From assembly GCA_003344405.1 (NCBI GenBank), contig NOWV01000290.1:1-62959 (forward strand): a DNA stretch of 62,959 nt. The letters run 5' to 3'. The translations under genes and the position numbers were made by a program. Below, piece after piece: positions 27,697-41,872 of this stretch. The first letter of the stretch is position 1. Every line of letters starts with the position of its first letter. Source of the stretch: Trichoplax sp. H2. Lineage: Eukaryota. The notes beneath the pieces are model-generated. The model saw only the letters and a list, made by a program, of their open reading frames with translations. It was not told the origin of the DNA and ran no database searches.

Positions 27697-28790
27697 TCCA
27701 TGGCATCTTTTTTATGCGGTGGTCGACTTTCAAGATTGAACGCGAAGGCCTTTCCCCCTGTGCCGTATAATATTATCAAGTTACTACATGCTCTAGTGTG
27801 CATCCTGCTGGTTCATGCATGCTTTGTTAGATGTTGCCGGATGCTACTAGATGATATCTTAATGAGGCTGGAGACATTCTCTACGTATAACAGCACTGTT
27901 CTATGGCTGCATGTTGTACTCCTAGCCTGTTGTCATATCCTCGTATTGCTACTAAACTTTCCATACGCCTATTTAGAGTAGTTAGTGCTTATTTCTCCTG
28001 GGTCCTACAGTACTATCATGTGAGGTAAATATCTTTTTGCACATAACTTTATGTTCTATAGTGTAAAAAGACACAGTAAACTTGCACTTTTCTCGTGTTA
28101 CACGCTACGCCTTGTCTTCAAGGAGCTACCTCGTGTAATTTCCATGCAGTAGAGTAAACTACAGTCAATCATACAACATCGTAGGCAGAAATGGAAGCAC
28201 AATCAGGGTGCATGACTAATAAGCAGAATACAGTCATTGCGTTGATAATGTCTTGCTGACTGACACAAAAAGACCATGTAATAAAGCTGGATGAAATGGG
28301 ATTTACTGTCAGTAAGATGACTGACAAACAGAACAACAGTAGGCCGCATTGACAGTAACAACGACCGAAACTTGCTGAAAGCATAACACAGACGTGTAAT
28401 TCATGTGGAAAGCGTGTATTAAATTATTTCCAACTAAAACGTTCAACAAAACCAAACCTGACAATATTGACAAGAGAGTCAAAAATTCTCTTGATAAAAC
28501 ACTGTATGCTAATGTATTTATCGTATTAACACAATTTCGACAACAATTGAAAGCCTATCCTTACTTTTGGAATTTATAATAAATACAAGGTTGAAAATTT
28601 GATTGTTTCCTACTACAATATCTGAGCTGTTAGATTATACACTAGTAAAAGACGTTGACAAATTTGAAATTACAATTGTTATTAATAGGGTGTAATATTA
28701 TCAAATTGAACATAAAGAATAATCAATTCCTACCAAACCATATAGGTTGTATCTTTTGTTATTGGTACTGTCTATTAATTTTGCTTTGAA

Positions 28791-31700
28791 CTAGTGGCGT
28801 TGATATTGACTTAAAGCAATTTCTACCTTTTGTATCTCAGTTCTGAGGTGATGTTGTAAATTTCGTAATTGATTAATTGATAAAATTTTTAGATCTTCAA
28901 TATTCAAATTAATACTCATGGTACTATTTTCATCGATATTTCTACCGCCAGCGTTAGACTGAATTATCATATCCAATTTAGATTGAATCTGTTGACAAGA
29001 ATGGATACAATCAATTATTTTATTGACGGACAAAATCCTACCAGTTAAGGTAGTTCAAATTATCCCATTTTGCTTGGTGTATTATCAACAGTGATAAGGA
29101 TTGACTTACTCTATCTCGTTGTGTCAAAGTACGTTCTCTTTCGTGTTCGGCTAGTCTATATTTTTGGGCCATTTCTTGTGCTTCTTTTTTATATGAATCG
29201 CAAGTAGACTTAAGTTGAGCCCATGACTCTTGTATAGACTTCAATTTAGAGTTTGATTCCGATAGTTGATCTCGTAGTAATTGATATTCATTATCACTTC
29301 TATTAACAATACTCGATTCTAACGTCTTGACGGGAACATTATTATTCGTACTAATAGGCATAGGTGAGCCAAAAGATGTTAATAAATTGGGAAGCATAGG
29401 AGGTTGCCCATGTCGATGACCCATTTGTCCTTGATTTATAAGTACCGATGACTATACAACATCAAAAAGTAAGCAAATTAATGATACAATCATCGACTGC
29501 ATGTACATCAAAACGCTTCATCAATTGATCACTCATCCACTTACATCTGTAGAACCGAAGCTATTAAATGCCGATCGAAAGATATCTCCTTTCATATGAA
29601 AGGTATCATCTCTCGTGGTTGGGCTATCTTGCCTTCCTCCTTCTAATGAAACTTTTCTACCTATTGGTCCTATATTGGAAGTGTCCTGATCAGGCATATG
29701 TAATTTATCTAACTCGTCGAATAGATCACTGCCACCATCATCCCCAGCTGTAAAGTCATTAAGATTAGATCCTTTAAAGCCAGAAGAAACCGAAGTAGGA
29801 GTACCAGTTGATCCTTGGCGTTGCCGGTTAGATGAATTGGTTATAACAGAATTAAGAGGCTGTAGGCAAGAGTGGTCAAAAAATTAAATTAGATCGCTAT
29901 TGATTTTTACTAGGTTTAAAAAGTGTCTAATAATTGAATCATTGTATCGAAAGTGGATACAATTCATTTTCGACATGTATGAAAAACAATCAAGTCGTAA
30001 TATCATGCCAATGATATGAGTATATTTTACATAAAGTACAACTCCATCCCTATATAATATAATTAATTCTTACACCATTGAGTCTAAAAATTAAACCTAC
30101 AGTTGCTGCACCAAAGACATTTGTAGATGATACTCCAATAGGACTAGTAGCTGAGGAATTTGTCATTCTACTACTTGACGGCGTACCGCCATCATCGTCA
30201 GTATCCGTTTGACTTCGGGTCACTTTGGAGACAAAAAGAGAATAATTGTAAGAATTTTCCTATGCATACAATTTATTACGCCAGCTTAAACAGTAAAATC
30301 GATCACACGACGACAAAGGAATAGTGATCCTTACCATCATGGGAAAAGGCACAAAACGGTCCACGGGGACATTTACCAGTTTGATACATATCATTGCATT
30401 TACACGACTTGTAAATCTGTCGAGGATGAAATACAATTGAGTTCAAGTACGCACATTTTAAGTTACAAAGCACCTTAGACGAATAAAATCATTCATCATA
30501 ATTGCTCTTCGCTAAGCATGACTATAGTAAATAGTCTGTACATTGATAAAGTAGAAAAAGCTGCTCTTTCTAAGATACAGTACTTGTACGTGTCTGTCTA
30601 TGAGTTAATAATCCATTACAATTATCGTTAGCAAATTTACCTCCGGATGGAATTGTTGTTCCGTTCTAGTATGGCAATATTGGCATTCATCGCCGCTCTC
30701 ACAAATAGTAGGATCTCCCCATTCATCACCATGTTTAACGGTTGGACAAGGTATAGATCTAAAAGATTAGTGTAGTTTGTTAGATAAAATGTATAACCTA
30801 ATTTTCAAGGTTGATACCTAAACTAATCTATTTTACGTTTCCGTACGTTAACTATTAGTAAACAGTTGAGAATTGCTTTGATATACTTGATAAGTGTATC
30901 ACTAACCTGTATTTAATATTGGCCGGGCACCTTCTTCTATCTCGATTACTATGATAATACGGACAAGCATATCCTTGACGACAGGTTTTAGGTGGCTTAT
31001 TACAAGGTTCGGTTTTGTATGTATTGACGACAAAATTTTTATCTGTTGATAAAGTCAAGTAATCCATTGCATTAGAATCACTTTGCTAGTATTATCTTCA
31101 CAATTGGCAGAGTGTTGTCAAAGTGAAAATAAGATATCTTTATATTATGAAGAGCTAACAATTGAATTTACATCGAAGAATAACAACATATAAAATCAAT
31201 CAGTCACGAACCCTTACCATGCCATAGGGAATCTTCTGGTATAATTTTTTCTATCCCAGCTTCTTTACGTTCTAAAGCTTGAATTTCACGAACATCGAAA
31301 ACAGGTTGGCGTAGATCATCGTCACCATGAGCAAATGCACAATGTGGACCATTCTTAACACAAAAACCTTTTGAATCGGTTTCATATATACACTTTGAAG
31401 TCTTATAATAGCGTAAATGATAACGACGTTCTGTATCACCGGCAGTTCGATGCAAATAAGGACAACTAAAAGAGTATAAAGTAAAAAGTTAGCAAGACAG
31501 TTTGACTGGTAACTACTGTACAATTGTCAGTGCAGTCAACAAATTTTCAATTCCATCTTACGATTGCCAAGTGACTACATAAGTTGCTCAGTCTACTACC
31601 GATTTACGATCAGATGAATACTGAAGATCAAAGAGAGCATACCATAAGTCATTTCTAGCATGGTAGAGTAGTATCGGCAACATAAAGAGTGGAGTAAATG

Positions 31701-34700
31701 ATAGCATGTGGTACAATATAGGATATTGATGAGCTTATAATGGCAGGGAGTAAATAGCGAAGTTCAAGGATAGCTTATTGTATCATTATCAAGGAATTTA
31801 TATATAAGCTTATGGTGGTAGAGTAACGTCAGGAAATAAACAGTGATAGCCTACTGAGCGAAATAAAGTAGTATTATCATTTAATTGAACTTGATTATAG
31901 TTGTTTCCGATTACAAACAGTAACATTATTGAAAGCATCCATAGGGCGACCTTATAGGGTTTGCTTCCTAATCCATCTCTACTACTGGTTAGAGTAACAG
32001 AAAAAGGGCAAGGCTAGACGATGCCTTCATGACAAGTTTAGCCTTGAGATGGCACTAAGCCACAGACCATTTTACTACAGGACGACGTCTAGTGTGTTTG
32101 TAAAATTATCCTCAACAATCGCATCTTAATCGTACAACAGTAGGAATCGTGTCGGTATTGCTAAGCAATTACCTTGCGAAGAAATAAACAGCGATTGCTC
32201 AACTCCAAGGAAGTAACGACGCTATCAGCTATTATGTGTTTTCCCTCATTGAATCCTACTCGACAGTCTGTTTACTATTGGTAGACCTATTTTATTGGAT
32301 TAATTACATTACTGAAGCGGATGCTGCCATATGAAGCATTGATGTCGCTTATTGGAACTATCCAATACATTCATACTGTACGAATAATGGAATCATTTAA
32401 TAGAAAGCTACCACTATTCGTCGAAACACCTCCATGGATGAAGACTAACTTTATGAAATTATGTTGCCTACTTCATTCTGCATGAAGTAGACTGCCACTA
32501 TTCACTACCACTTAAGATTGAACGAGTACTGTCTTGTTGAAACGATGTGGCTTAATTTCTTAGTAGAGCATCACTATTCACTATTGCGCATCATAGACAG
32601 AATAGCACCTTCCAAAAAAAAACGCTATGACCTACTCTATTAGTAGACTACCAATATTAATTATGAGGCACCATTGGATGAATAATGTCTTTTAGAAGGG
32701 TGATGTGGCCTGTTCCACTAGTAGACTACCACTATTTATTATCACACATCATTGAATGGATACTACCTTGTAGAAATGATGCAGCCTACACTATTATTAC
32801 TAGCGTAGATTAAAGCATGGCTGAACGAATACTACCTTGTAGAAATAATGTAGCCTTAATCAGTAATTATTAGTAGAGTGGAGTAGACTAGTGCTATTCA
32901 TAATCACTCATCACTGAACGGATACTACCTTGTAGAAAAAAAAAGTAGCTTCAATCATTCATTCTATATATTATTAGTCCAGATCACTCATATTCATCTC
33001 ATCCACCATGATTGGATGAGAACTATCTTGTTGAAATGATGTGGCCTACTCTTGCATTATTTACGTATGAAATTCTTAGTGGAATAGACTACTACTCATC
33101 CCATACGATTGGATGACTACTATGGTAGTACCTTGTAGAAATGATGTGTCTTACTCTACTATTAATCATCATCATATATCACTGAACGAATACTACTATA
33201 CTTTGTAGAAATTGAATGGCCTAATTCATTAGTGCAGTAGACTATATACAATTGATCATTACTATATATTACTGAACGAAGACTATCTTGTTGAAATTAG
33301 GTAGTCTACTTTATTCTTAGTAGAGTAAACTACCACCTATCATCACCACGTATCACTGAATGAATACTACCTTGATGAAGTTAGATGGCCTATTCCTTTA
33401 TTAGTTTAGTAGACTAGTTGAAAAGGTATAGCCTATTTCCTTATTAGCAGAGTAGACTACCACTAATCATCATCATTCATCATTGATTGAAAACCATGAA
33501 GGAATACTACCTTATAGTCCATGCTTTACTCCATTTACTTACAGTACATTGCCACTAATACATGACTCAATGATGACTGCCTTGTTGCAATGATGAGCGG
33601 ATCCAATTTTCAAGCCTGAAACATCTTACCAAATCATTCTCCAATCTATCCTATACACGTTGTATCTACTCGTACAATATACTTACTTATCTCCTGTTGG
33701 ACAAATGCCTGTCGTTTCATCGTACTGGGTGCAATAAACATCCGGACTATAATTGAATGTACCATCGCGTAATTTTTTAGGTCGTCTCCGACGTTGATTA
33801 AGGAAATGCCAATTAAAACAAGTATAAGGTCGATGAGCGGTGCATTTGTGTTGTAGAAAGGACTGGCATTGCTCAGTGCGGAAGGATTTTAGATACCTAA
33901 AACGATCATTAACATGATAGAATGAATAAATGGTAATGTCTACGTTCGAATCCAGTTTAATACAGCGAATTAATACAGCAATCAAGGAGGATGATGTTGA
34001 GTTCAAGTACAGAGTATCTTGAAACGATAGCAGCATAAGAAAAGAAATACACACTGCTACAAACGCGAAGAAGAAGATTACAATTATTCAAGTCAATCAT
34101 CAATCAGGATTGCAAGGAAACGGTCAAGAAACAAGACGAAAAATGCCAATAAGAATGACTTCTATCTAGACGTCATGGCTTGAATGGTGAAATAGAGCAA
34201 GACGATAAGTGGAAAAAAAAAAAAATGAAAAGCCAACGTGCACAAAAGGATAACATAGTCAAGATGAAGAATGGTTGTAAGAATGGAAAGGAAGGGAGAA
34301 GACAAAATGACGATGACGACTATGCTCCCGTAATGCAATTATATTATCATTTGAAACAACAGACTAGCAGGATCGACTGTCTACTACGGTCCAATAATGA
34401 CTAAAACTGTCTAGTCTATGCAGTCCTATTCTATCCATTGACTGCTATCCTTTCACACCAGCTCGCTGGAAGAAACGTATCCAGTTAATCCAATTTCTTC
34501 AACGGATTGACTGTCTATGACAACCATAGCATTTCATATGGCAGAATGGCTCAACTTATGCAAAAGGCAAGATAGGGGTATAGAAATGAGAGCTACTCCT
34601 TTATGCGTCGAGCTTTCAACAGAATGTGCATGATGGATTGACAGAATTTTCCTTTTTTCAATGGAAATAGGACTCCATAATATTGCTTTCAACATGGCTG

Positions 34701-37700
34701 AACTCATGCAAAAGTCAAGAAATATAACCGGGTGCTACTCGATGGATCGAGCTTTCAACAGAATAAGTAATAATGGATTGCAAGTGAGTTTATCCTTTGC
34801 ATGGAAACGGAGCACCATTCTAAAGATTGCTTTTAACATGACAGACTGGCTTAACTCCTGTAAAAGTCAAGATGTAAAACCGAGTGAAACACTTCCGCAG
34901 TTGCTTTCTGGGTCGAGCTTTTAATAGAATGGGCGGTTATGCATTGGAAATGAGTTTTTCACTTTTTTACTTATTTTTAACGTGACAAAATGGCTCGAAC
35001 GATGCTAAGGTCAAAATATAAAACTGAGTGCAATTCCTTTCTACAATTACCGTACCCGTCGACCTTTTAACAGAAAATAGTCAGTGATGGATTGGACATG
35101 ATTTTCATGAAAATGCATCTCCATGATTACGCTTTATCACCGTGGGAATTGCAATCCGCAAGAATTGGATCACGATGATCAAGCTCCAATGTGGTTGACG
35201 ATATAAGTCCAATCTCGATTATTTCTTGTCCATCTTGGGCTAAAAGATAGAACGTTGCAAGATACTCTTTGGTGGATCATTGCTCTACTTGTCGATCGTC
35301 CATGTATTACAAACCATAACGTTCGTCTCATGTCTATCATCTTCTGGCTTATAATGCAAGCGGTTAGGTTTTGCAAGAATAGCCAAGCAATATTTGGACA
35401 CGATAATTAGTCCGTGTTTTGTTAACGGAAAAGAAATAGAGGTCTACAACGTGCATCGAATATTGAATCCTACTACGGTAAGGTGGACTGGATTAGAGTA
35501 TGAAGATGATGCAGTTTCGGATTCAATGATTCGTCCGTAGCTTGTTCACAGCTTAATGCAGTACAGTAAGCGCCTGATTAGAGTACAAAAACGATGCCAT
35601 TTTAGACCCAATTCTTCGTCCATATCTTGTTAACAGGAAAGAAATGAAAGACAACAACGTTCATCAACAATCTATCATCCTATTGGACTTGAACCAACAC
35701 TCGATATCAATATATACTGCAAGTTGAAACGTGAGCTCCATTTCGTCCCTCTTCTGCTCTACAATGAGCCGATAAAACTTGAACAAGAAGAGCAACAGTC
35801 GCTCTCCATGCAAGGAATGGATTCCTACTCAATTGCACTATGCATTTACTTGCCATATTGTTCAAAATGATTCAACTGCCATCAGGCTTGGCTATCGCCT
35901 TCCCTCCAGCCAAGTTACTGTTGTCCAATAACTGTCTCCAGTTTTGCTCAAGTCTTTCAAGTAGTATCCACCATCGGTTAAATGAATTCAGTGCAACTCC
36001 AGTCGATCAATGAATATCTTAAAGTTGTACTCGTCTCGGCATGTGTGAATAAGCTTAAAAGGAAGGTGAAGAAATAGTACTAGTCGAAGTGAATCATGTC
36101 GATACATTAGTAGTGTACCTCAAATGGATATAAATCTATTTCCATGTCCGTGTTAGTATTTACGACATGGAAGGGTAAGCTAAGCGATGGATGGAGCCCC
36201 TGATAAACATCATTGAAAACTTGATGCCTATTTACCCTAAAGCAATTCAATCTGAGTCAGTCGATGCATATACAAACATGCAATGTCTCTTCAATGTCTA
36301 GCAGTCCTCCTATGTCTAGCTCATCTTCTCTTGCGTTTTGATTGCTTGTCTGTAGCGCATTTTACGACTGTAAAATGAATCCAAGTGGCTATCCTAGCGT
36401 TAGTATGCAATAGTTGCTTTACCCCATCATTTATCTATCATAAGCCATCATCTATCGATCTCTTTTCTAGCTATCGGAGTTGGTTGCAGTACTGGGAAGC
36501 TCATCAAGGAGCTGCTGCATCCCAATCTATCCATCTATCCTTTCTGCATAGGTTTCAGTATTCATCTAAAACAGCGATTCGATCATTCCTGTCCATTGAG
36601 TTAGGACCCATCTGCTTGATTCAATGCATGTTGCAGTCCATTTTTTAATCAACGTAGTACAGTGATGTATTAAGAGCCTTCTCTCTTCTTCATCTGACTA
36701 CATTTAAGTACAAGTTGTAACAATTCTTTTTCGCTTTCTACCATGAAGTAGGGCAACATGTTGGGGTAATGCTCTCTTCTCCATCTTACTACATAAAAGT
36801 ACAAGTTTATTTTGCCTATCCAATAACTCCTTTCCACTTTCAACTACGTCGTGCAGGGATGTGTTTTAGGGCCATCGTTTCTTCTCCATGCATTCAAGTA
36901 CAAATGGCTGTCTATCCAACAACGGTTTTTTTGGCTTTCTACCATAGAATAGAAGGATGTGTTTGGACCTTGCTCTATTTTCCATTTTACTCCATCCTTA
37001 GAGTACTTCATCATCCAGACACACTGCTGCTGTCTATCCAACAACGACTCGTTTTCAACACGAAACACCGTAATAGGATAGAGGAGAGCCATCATTTAAT
37101 AGTCAATTTTACTCTATTTCAGCAATCCGAGAACCAAGTTGCTACACTGCATTCTACCCTATTAGGCTAGGATGCAAATCTCATGCACTATTTCAACAGC
37201 ATGTCTTACTTCATCTTTCTTCGATTGTTTCCAATTGGCATAATTTAGAAATACATGATAGCTCATTCTACCTGCATTCATTTTTAAATCGATATGGGTG
37301 CGCATAGCACAAGATTGAGAAATAGACGATAGCTTATTCTACCTGCATCTATTTTCAAATCGATATGGGTGTGCATAGCACAAGATTTAGAAATAGACGA
37401 TAGCTTATTCTACCTGCATCTATTTTCAAATCGATATGGGTGTGCATAGCACAAGATTTAGAAATAGACGATAGCTTATTCTACCTGCATCTATTTTCAA
37501 ATCGATATGGGTGTGCATAGCACAAGATTTAGAAATAGACGATAGCCTATTCTACCTGCATCCATTTTCAAATCAATATGGGTAGGCATAATTCACGATT
37601 GAGAAAAGCATAACAGCCTCTAATTTACCCTCATCTATTTTTAAATCGTCAAACATTGTCATAGTACAGTCAAAGACAGCTCGAAGGAAGCTGCTTCCTA

Positions 37701-40700
37701 TCGATCTTTTTTCCCGCTGTCTTTATTATAAGCATTAGCAGTAGGAAAGCATCGACTGCAAAACTAGCTCATGGGTATCCCGATCCCTTTTAGGCCATCC
37801 TCAAGCGACCCTTCTCCCAGACAAATCATGGATGATGGATGTCGACATGAGCGGAAAGTATCAAGAAACTAGCAGAATAACAACAAGCCTGTGATTGGTT
37901 TGTCCATTGAAGTATTTCCTCCCCTCTCGTGCCATGATGGCAAGCGAGATTGTCAATCTTTTTCTACTTTCTTGCTATACCAACATGGCTGTACAAGTGA
38001 TGATGGAAACCGCGATCGATAGTATCCTTTTTTTATAAATTTAAAAGAGGAATAGATGGAAACGATTGATGGTTTGAAAGAGATTGCACTATGGCACAGA
38101 GGAGAATGCCAGTAATCCATCTGGACGAAATTGTGGCCTTGAAAGCAGTCTAGTTATCCCTTTCAATTTGAAAGAGGAATGGATGGGAACGTTTGATCGA
38201 TTGAAAGACTACACTATGGAGTAGAGGAGAATGCCAGCAATCCATCCGGACGAAATGATGGCCTTGAAAGCAGTCTAGGTATCCCTTTATTTCGATTTAA
38301 AACAGGAACGGATGGAAATGTTTAACTTGATGACTACAGCTAGGATAACTTTGTGTTCAATTGATTGGCAATGGATTAAGTCCAGGAAAAGAGAGAAAGG
38401 GCGAAACGACGAAATCAATGCCATGTCCACGACAAATAACATTCTCTGACTAGGTCAAGAAGCTTCTTCTCAAACTCGTCGCTTACCTATCTTGCCATGG
38501 CTCCATTATCAAGACATCGTTATGGTCGATCAAGTTCATCAATCTGTTGTAGTTGAATGGTGGGCTAGCTTGCCTAAGGTAGTTCACTGGATTACTTTGA
38601 AGTAAGCTGGCGAAAGATGGACAATTCAACGTATGTATTGCCCCATTTCATCCTGTCCAATTTGGGGTAAAGCATCATCACTTGGTGTTGATCTCTTCCC
38701 TTTCAACTCTACCCTACCCCAAAAGCCTTATTCAGCAATAGCAAGCAAGACTCAACAAGGATGGAAAGATGCTTGACGATTGCCCTCATCTTGTTCCATC
38801 CCTTGGCTGCCTTTATCCCGTCTTGAATCATTCTACGAGGATATTAAGCAATCACTAAAACAATTTTGCTATATCCAATTGACTTTTTGCTACAACGTTG
38901 ACAACGCTATATCAATTAGTCAAGACTTTACTACGATGGAAAAACGCTTGGCGCCATCCACGGTTTCCTTTTCCCATCTTGAGGTAGAAAGAGTTTAAGT
39001 AAAACAAGCCTCGACAACGATAAGGATGGAAAGAAGTTTGTCCTTATGTTGTTGCTTCCGTTTTTTCCCGTCTTGAAGCCTTCAACGACGATACGACTGT
39101 GTCCAAACTAACACCAAGAATGAAGTGCCAAGGACCAGATGTTGATCACTGTACTCATCATTTCATCGCATTCAATTCTCCATTGCCTGCTTTTCCCATC
39201 GTCAAATCATGGTTGCCTGCAATCCTTACTTTCTTTTACCCCTTTCAAAGCAACATTGCCAGGTAGACGAATGGACAGTTGACCAAACACGGTCATCCAC
39301 TAGGAAGGAAAATCATCACGGCGGACTCCATACTTTGCCTTCTTTGAATCATTTGGAAATACTACTGCCATGCTGATCAAGGTGCTGTTGACAAATTGAA
39401 AATTCGCCAACTTGTGCTCCAAAAGAAACTCATGACAACCATCATGGACAAGACTACAAGGGAAAGTTTCCGTTACCTCACTAACTTCAAGCGTAGTGCA
39501 AGAAGAAAGGAGACACCAAAAAGGAGTTGGTCATGCTGTCCAAGTTGACTAGTACTCCCTATTTTTTCCCCTCCCTGAATGATCACTAGACTATGTTGGT
39601 TCACGTCTATGCTTTGCAATATCAACATGCGATCGGTGTTATGGACAAGAATGACAATAAATGGATGCAAAACTGTGACTTGCCACCGCAGTAAAATGCA
39701 GCAGCCACAATTGGACACGGTGGATGGTCATCTTTTTTTTCACCGTCGTCATTGGATAGAAAGCAATTGACAACATGTCTCAAGGCAACACATTGCCAAT
39801 TGGTTGGCCAATCTCTTTCCTGCTGTTGATAGTTATGTAGGTTAACGAGTAGAAATGGGCTAAAGCGTTTTCTACTCGATTGGATGTTGTCCTCAGTTGA
39901 GCCAATATTGACCATTTTGTTATGTCAAGTAGACAGTTTGCATTCCTTTTTTTTCTTCCTCCTCCCCCCTCTCATCGAACCATGGTCAAAACAGGAAGAA
40001 AAGCAGCCAATATGGAACTGGAAACGACGACGTGAAAACAAGCTTTAAACGCCTGGGAAAAAAATCCAATCTTAACCCATGGCCAAGTTGGTACCGTGGG
40101 ATAGAAAGCAAGATTAGAATTTTGATCATGTTGATGATGGATAAGGCATGAATCGATAGGGAAAATGGCCTATCTATCGATGTGTATTTTTTTTTTTCTG
40201 TCGATCCTTTCTCTTCCCTCCATCATCCTTTGCAAAATAATGGAATCGATTTGATGCCATGACTACAAATGAAGCTTGCGGTCGGAATGGCTATCCAAGG
40301 GAGGGAAATGCCAGTGCAGTCCTATCAAGGGCTACAAGATGGCGGGCGCGCGCATTAAAACTACTTTAAAAATGGGCTCCAACAATAACTGCTAGCCTTA
40401 GTCAATTGTTGACGATTGACAACAGTAGTGGAGGGGGGGGAAAAAAAAATGATTAGCGTTTGTGATAGACCAGGGATAAGAAAACGAGTTCAAATAGAGT
40501 AGCCATGAGGGTAATAGGATGATTGCCTGGACTGATGAAAGCTGCAATGATGATGGATTTGGAGAAAATAACCATGGAATGGAGCCATTTCATGTCTTTC
40601 TCCATTCTTGATGCTTGATAGCCCCCTCCAAATCAACATCATCCACTTTGGTGTCTACTAGTTGTGGTGCAAAATGCATTGGCAACATCATCAACTCCTT

Positions 40701-41024
40701 GCCAATCACTCCTACACTTGCCTCTAACTCTATCCAATGACTAAAATGGCTAAAAAGAAAGAGGGGGGGGGGGAAAAAAAAAAGAAGCAGAAGAAAACTA
40801 AACTGTCCAATCGTCCATCTTTGACTGCAAACTGCGGACGTGTATGTTCCCCCCCTTCTTGTCGACATCGCATCCTCCCCCCTTTCTCTCTTTCACAAAA
40901 CATCAAGTCCTCTCCTACTCTCAATGAAAGCAATCATTTCAATGAAGGATAGCACTTACATGTAATGGATTGGTCTTTCAATCTGCTGCTGCGGATTGGA
41001 TAACATTACTTTGTCTTCCATCAT
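28791..41024 (-). CDS. UNK: Unkempt-family CCCH zinc-finger RNA-binding protein (about 10 coding exons)
   Basis: The first coding exon 41024-40960 (MMEDK..QQIERPIHYM) joins in phase to 33896-33687 (YLKSFRTEQC..HRPYTCFNWHFLNQRRRRP). Further exons: 31465-31218, 31042-30907, 30758-30641, 30416-30335, 30222-30101, 29859-29545, 29451-29110, 28988-28791. Six CCCH fingers plus a coiled coil. Confidence 0.92.
32380..33600. repeat. Old degenerate tandem repeat (~110-130 bp, ~10 copies) in UNK intron
   Basis: Recurrent AGTAGACTACCACTATT...GATACTACCTTGTAGAAATGATGTGGCCT motifs. Confidence 0.75.
34490..35100. repeat. Degenerate tandem repeat (~140-155 bp, ~4 copies)
   Basis: Recurrent GTCGAGCTTTCAACAGAAT..GATGGATTG..CAAAAGTCAAGA motifs. 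Confidence 0.65.
37245..37645. repeat. Tandem repeat, 71 bp unit, ~5.5 copies
   Basis: TAGCTTATTCTACCTGCAT (or variant) at 37259, 37330, 37401, 37472 and 37543. Confidence 0.95.
38022..38322. repeat. Tandem duplication, ~128 bp, ~2.3 copies
   Basis: AGAGGAGAATGCCAG.AATCCATC.GGACGAAAT..TGGCCTTGAAAGCAGTCTAG occurs twice. Confidence 0.85.
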
Positions 41025-41872
41025 TTTTGTTTGGTTTCCTAAGTGATTGCTAAGTAATTGAAAAATGTCGTCGTCGTCGTCGTCGCCGTCGATCGTGAAT
41101 CGTCTCACACCATTCCTGCAGCCAACAGGGGCTTGTTCTTCTCCTCCACGTCTACCCAAGTCTTCAATCACTCAATGGAGGTTGCAATCTTGACCCAATC
41201 GACTTCAATCGACGTGGAATAGCCAACGACAAACAAGATCAATCAAGATTGCAAAATAACCTAATGGAAAATGCTTTCAAGCCACAACCTTGCCAACTCC
41301 AACAAGACGACAACAATACGATGGAAAACAATCTCAATGACTTTCAACACTACAAAATCACTGGATACAATCGTTTAATCCCTCTCCAATCATTCAATAA
41401 CCGAATCGACGCTCAATAACCCTTGAATCAAGTCAATAATGCCAATAACAACCATGTAAAATAGCAATGGCAGCGAGAGCAATCTTGCAATCAGCAGATT
41501 GAGACGATGAATTTTTTCTCTCTCTTTCCTTGGCCAATCTGCTGCCGCCGACTGTAGCGATTTGTATACCACACCAGGCGGGTATGGAAGCACAGGGGTG
41601 GTGGGGTAAGCCATCAACACGGGGGCCCTGATGGAGGTGTAAAATGCCCATCGCCATCTTATACTGGCATCGGCCATACGAAAGACATGATACTCGACTA
41701 TGGTATCAGACTGTTGACTAGGGAAAGCAAGCAACATCGGCCCGGTGGTGTTGTTGTGGTCAAGACTGCACTAGACACGCTTGACGCGAGTAGCGATCGT
41801 CCACAACAACGGGTCACCCCCCTTCTTTTCTCCATCCCAAGAGGGTCACGCATGCAGGACCGCTTGGTACTG

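Noticed and set aside
28169..28384. Cys-rich ORF as the missing UNK RING exon
   Set aside because: Cys/His spacing does not fit a RING, and there is no convincing splice connection.
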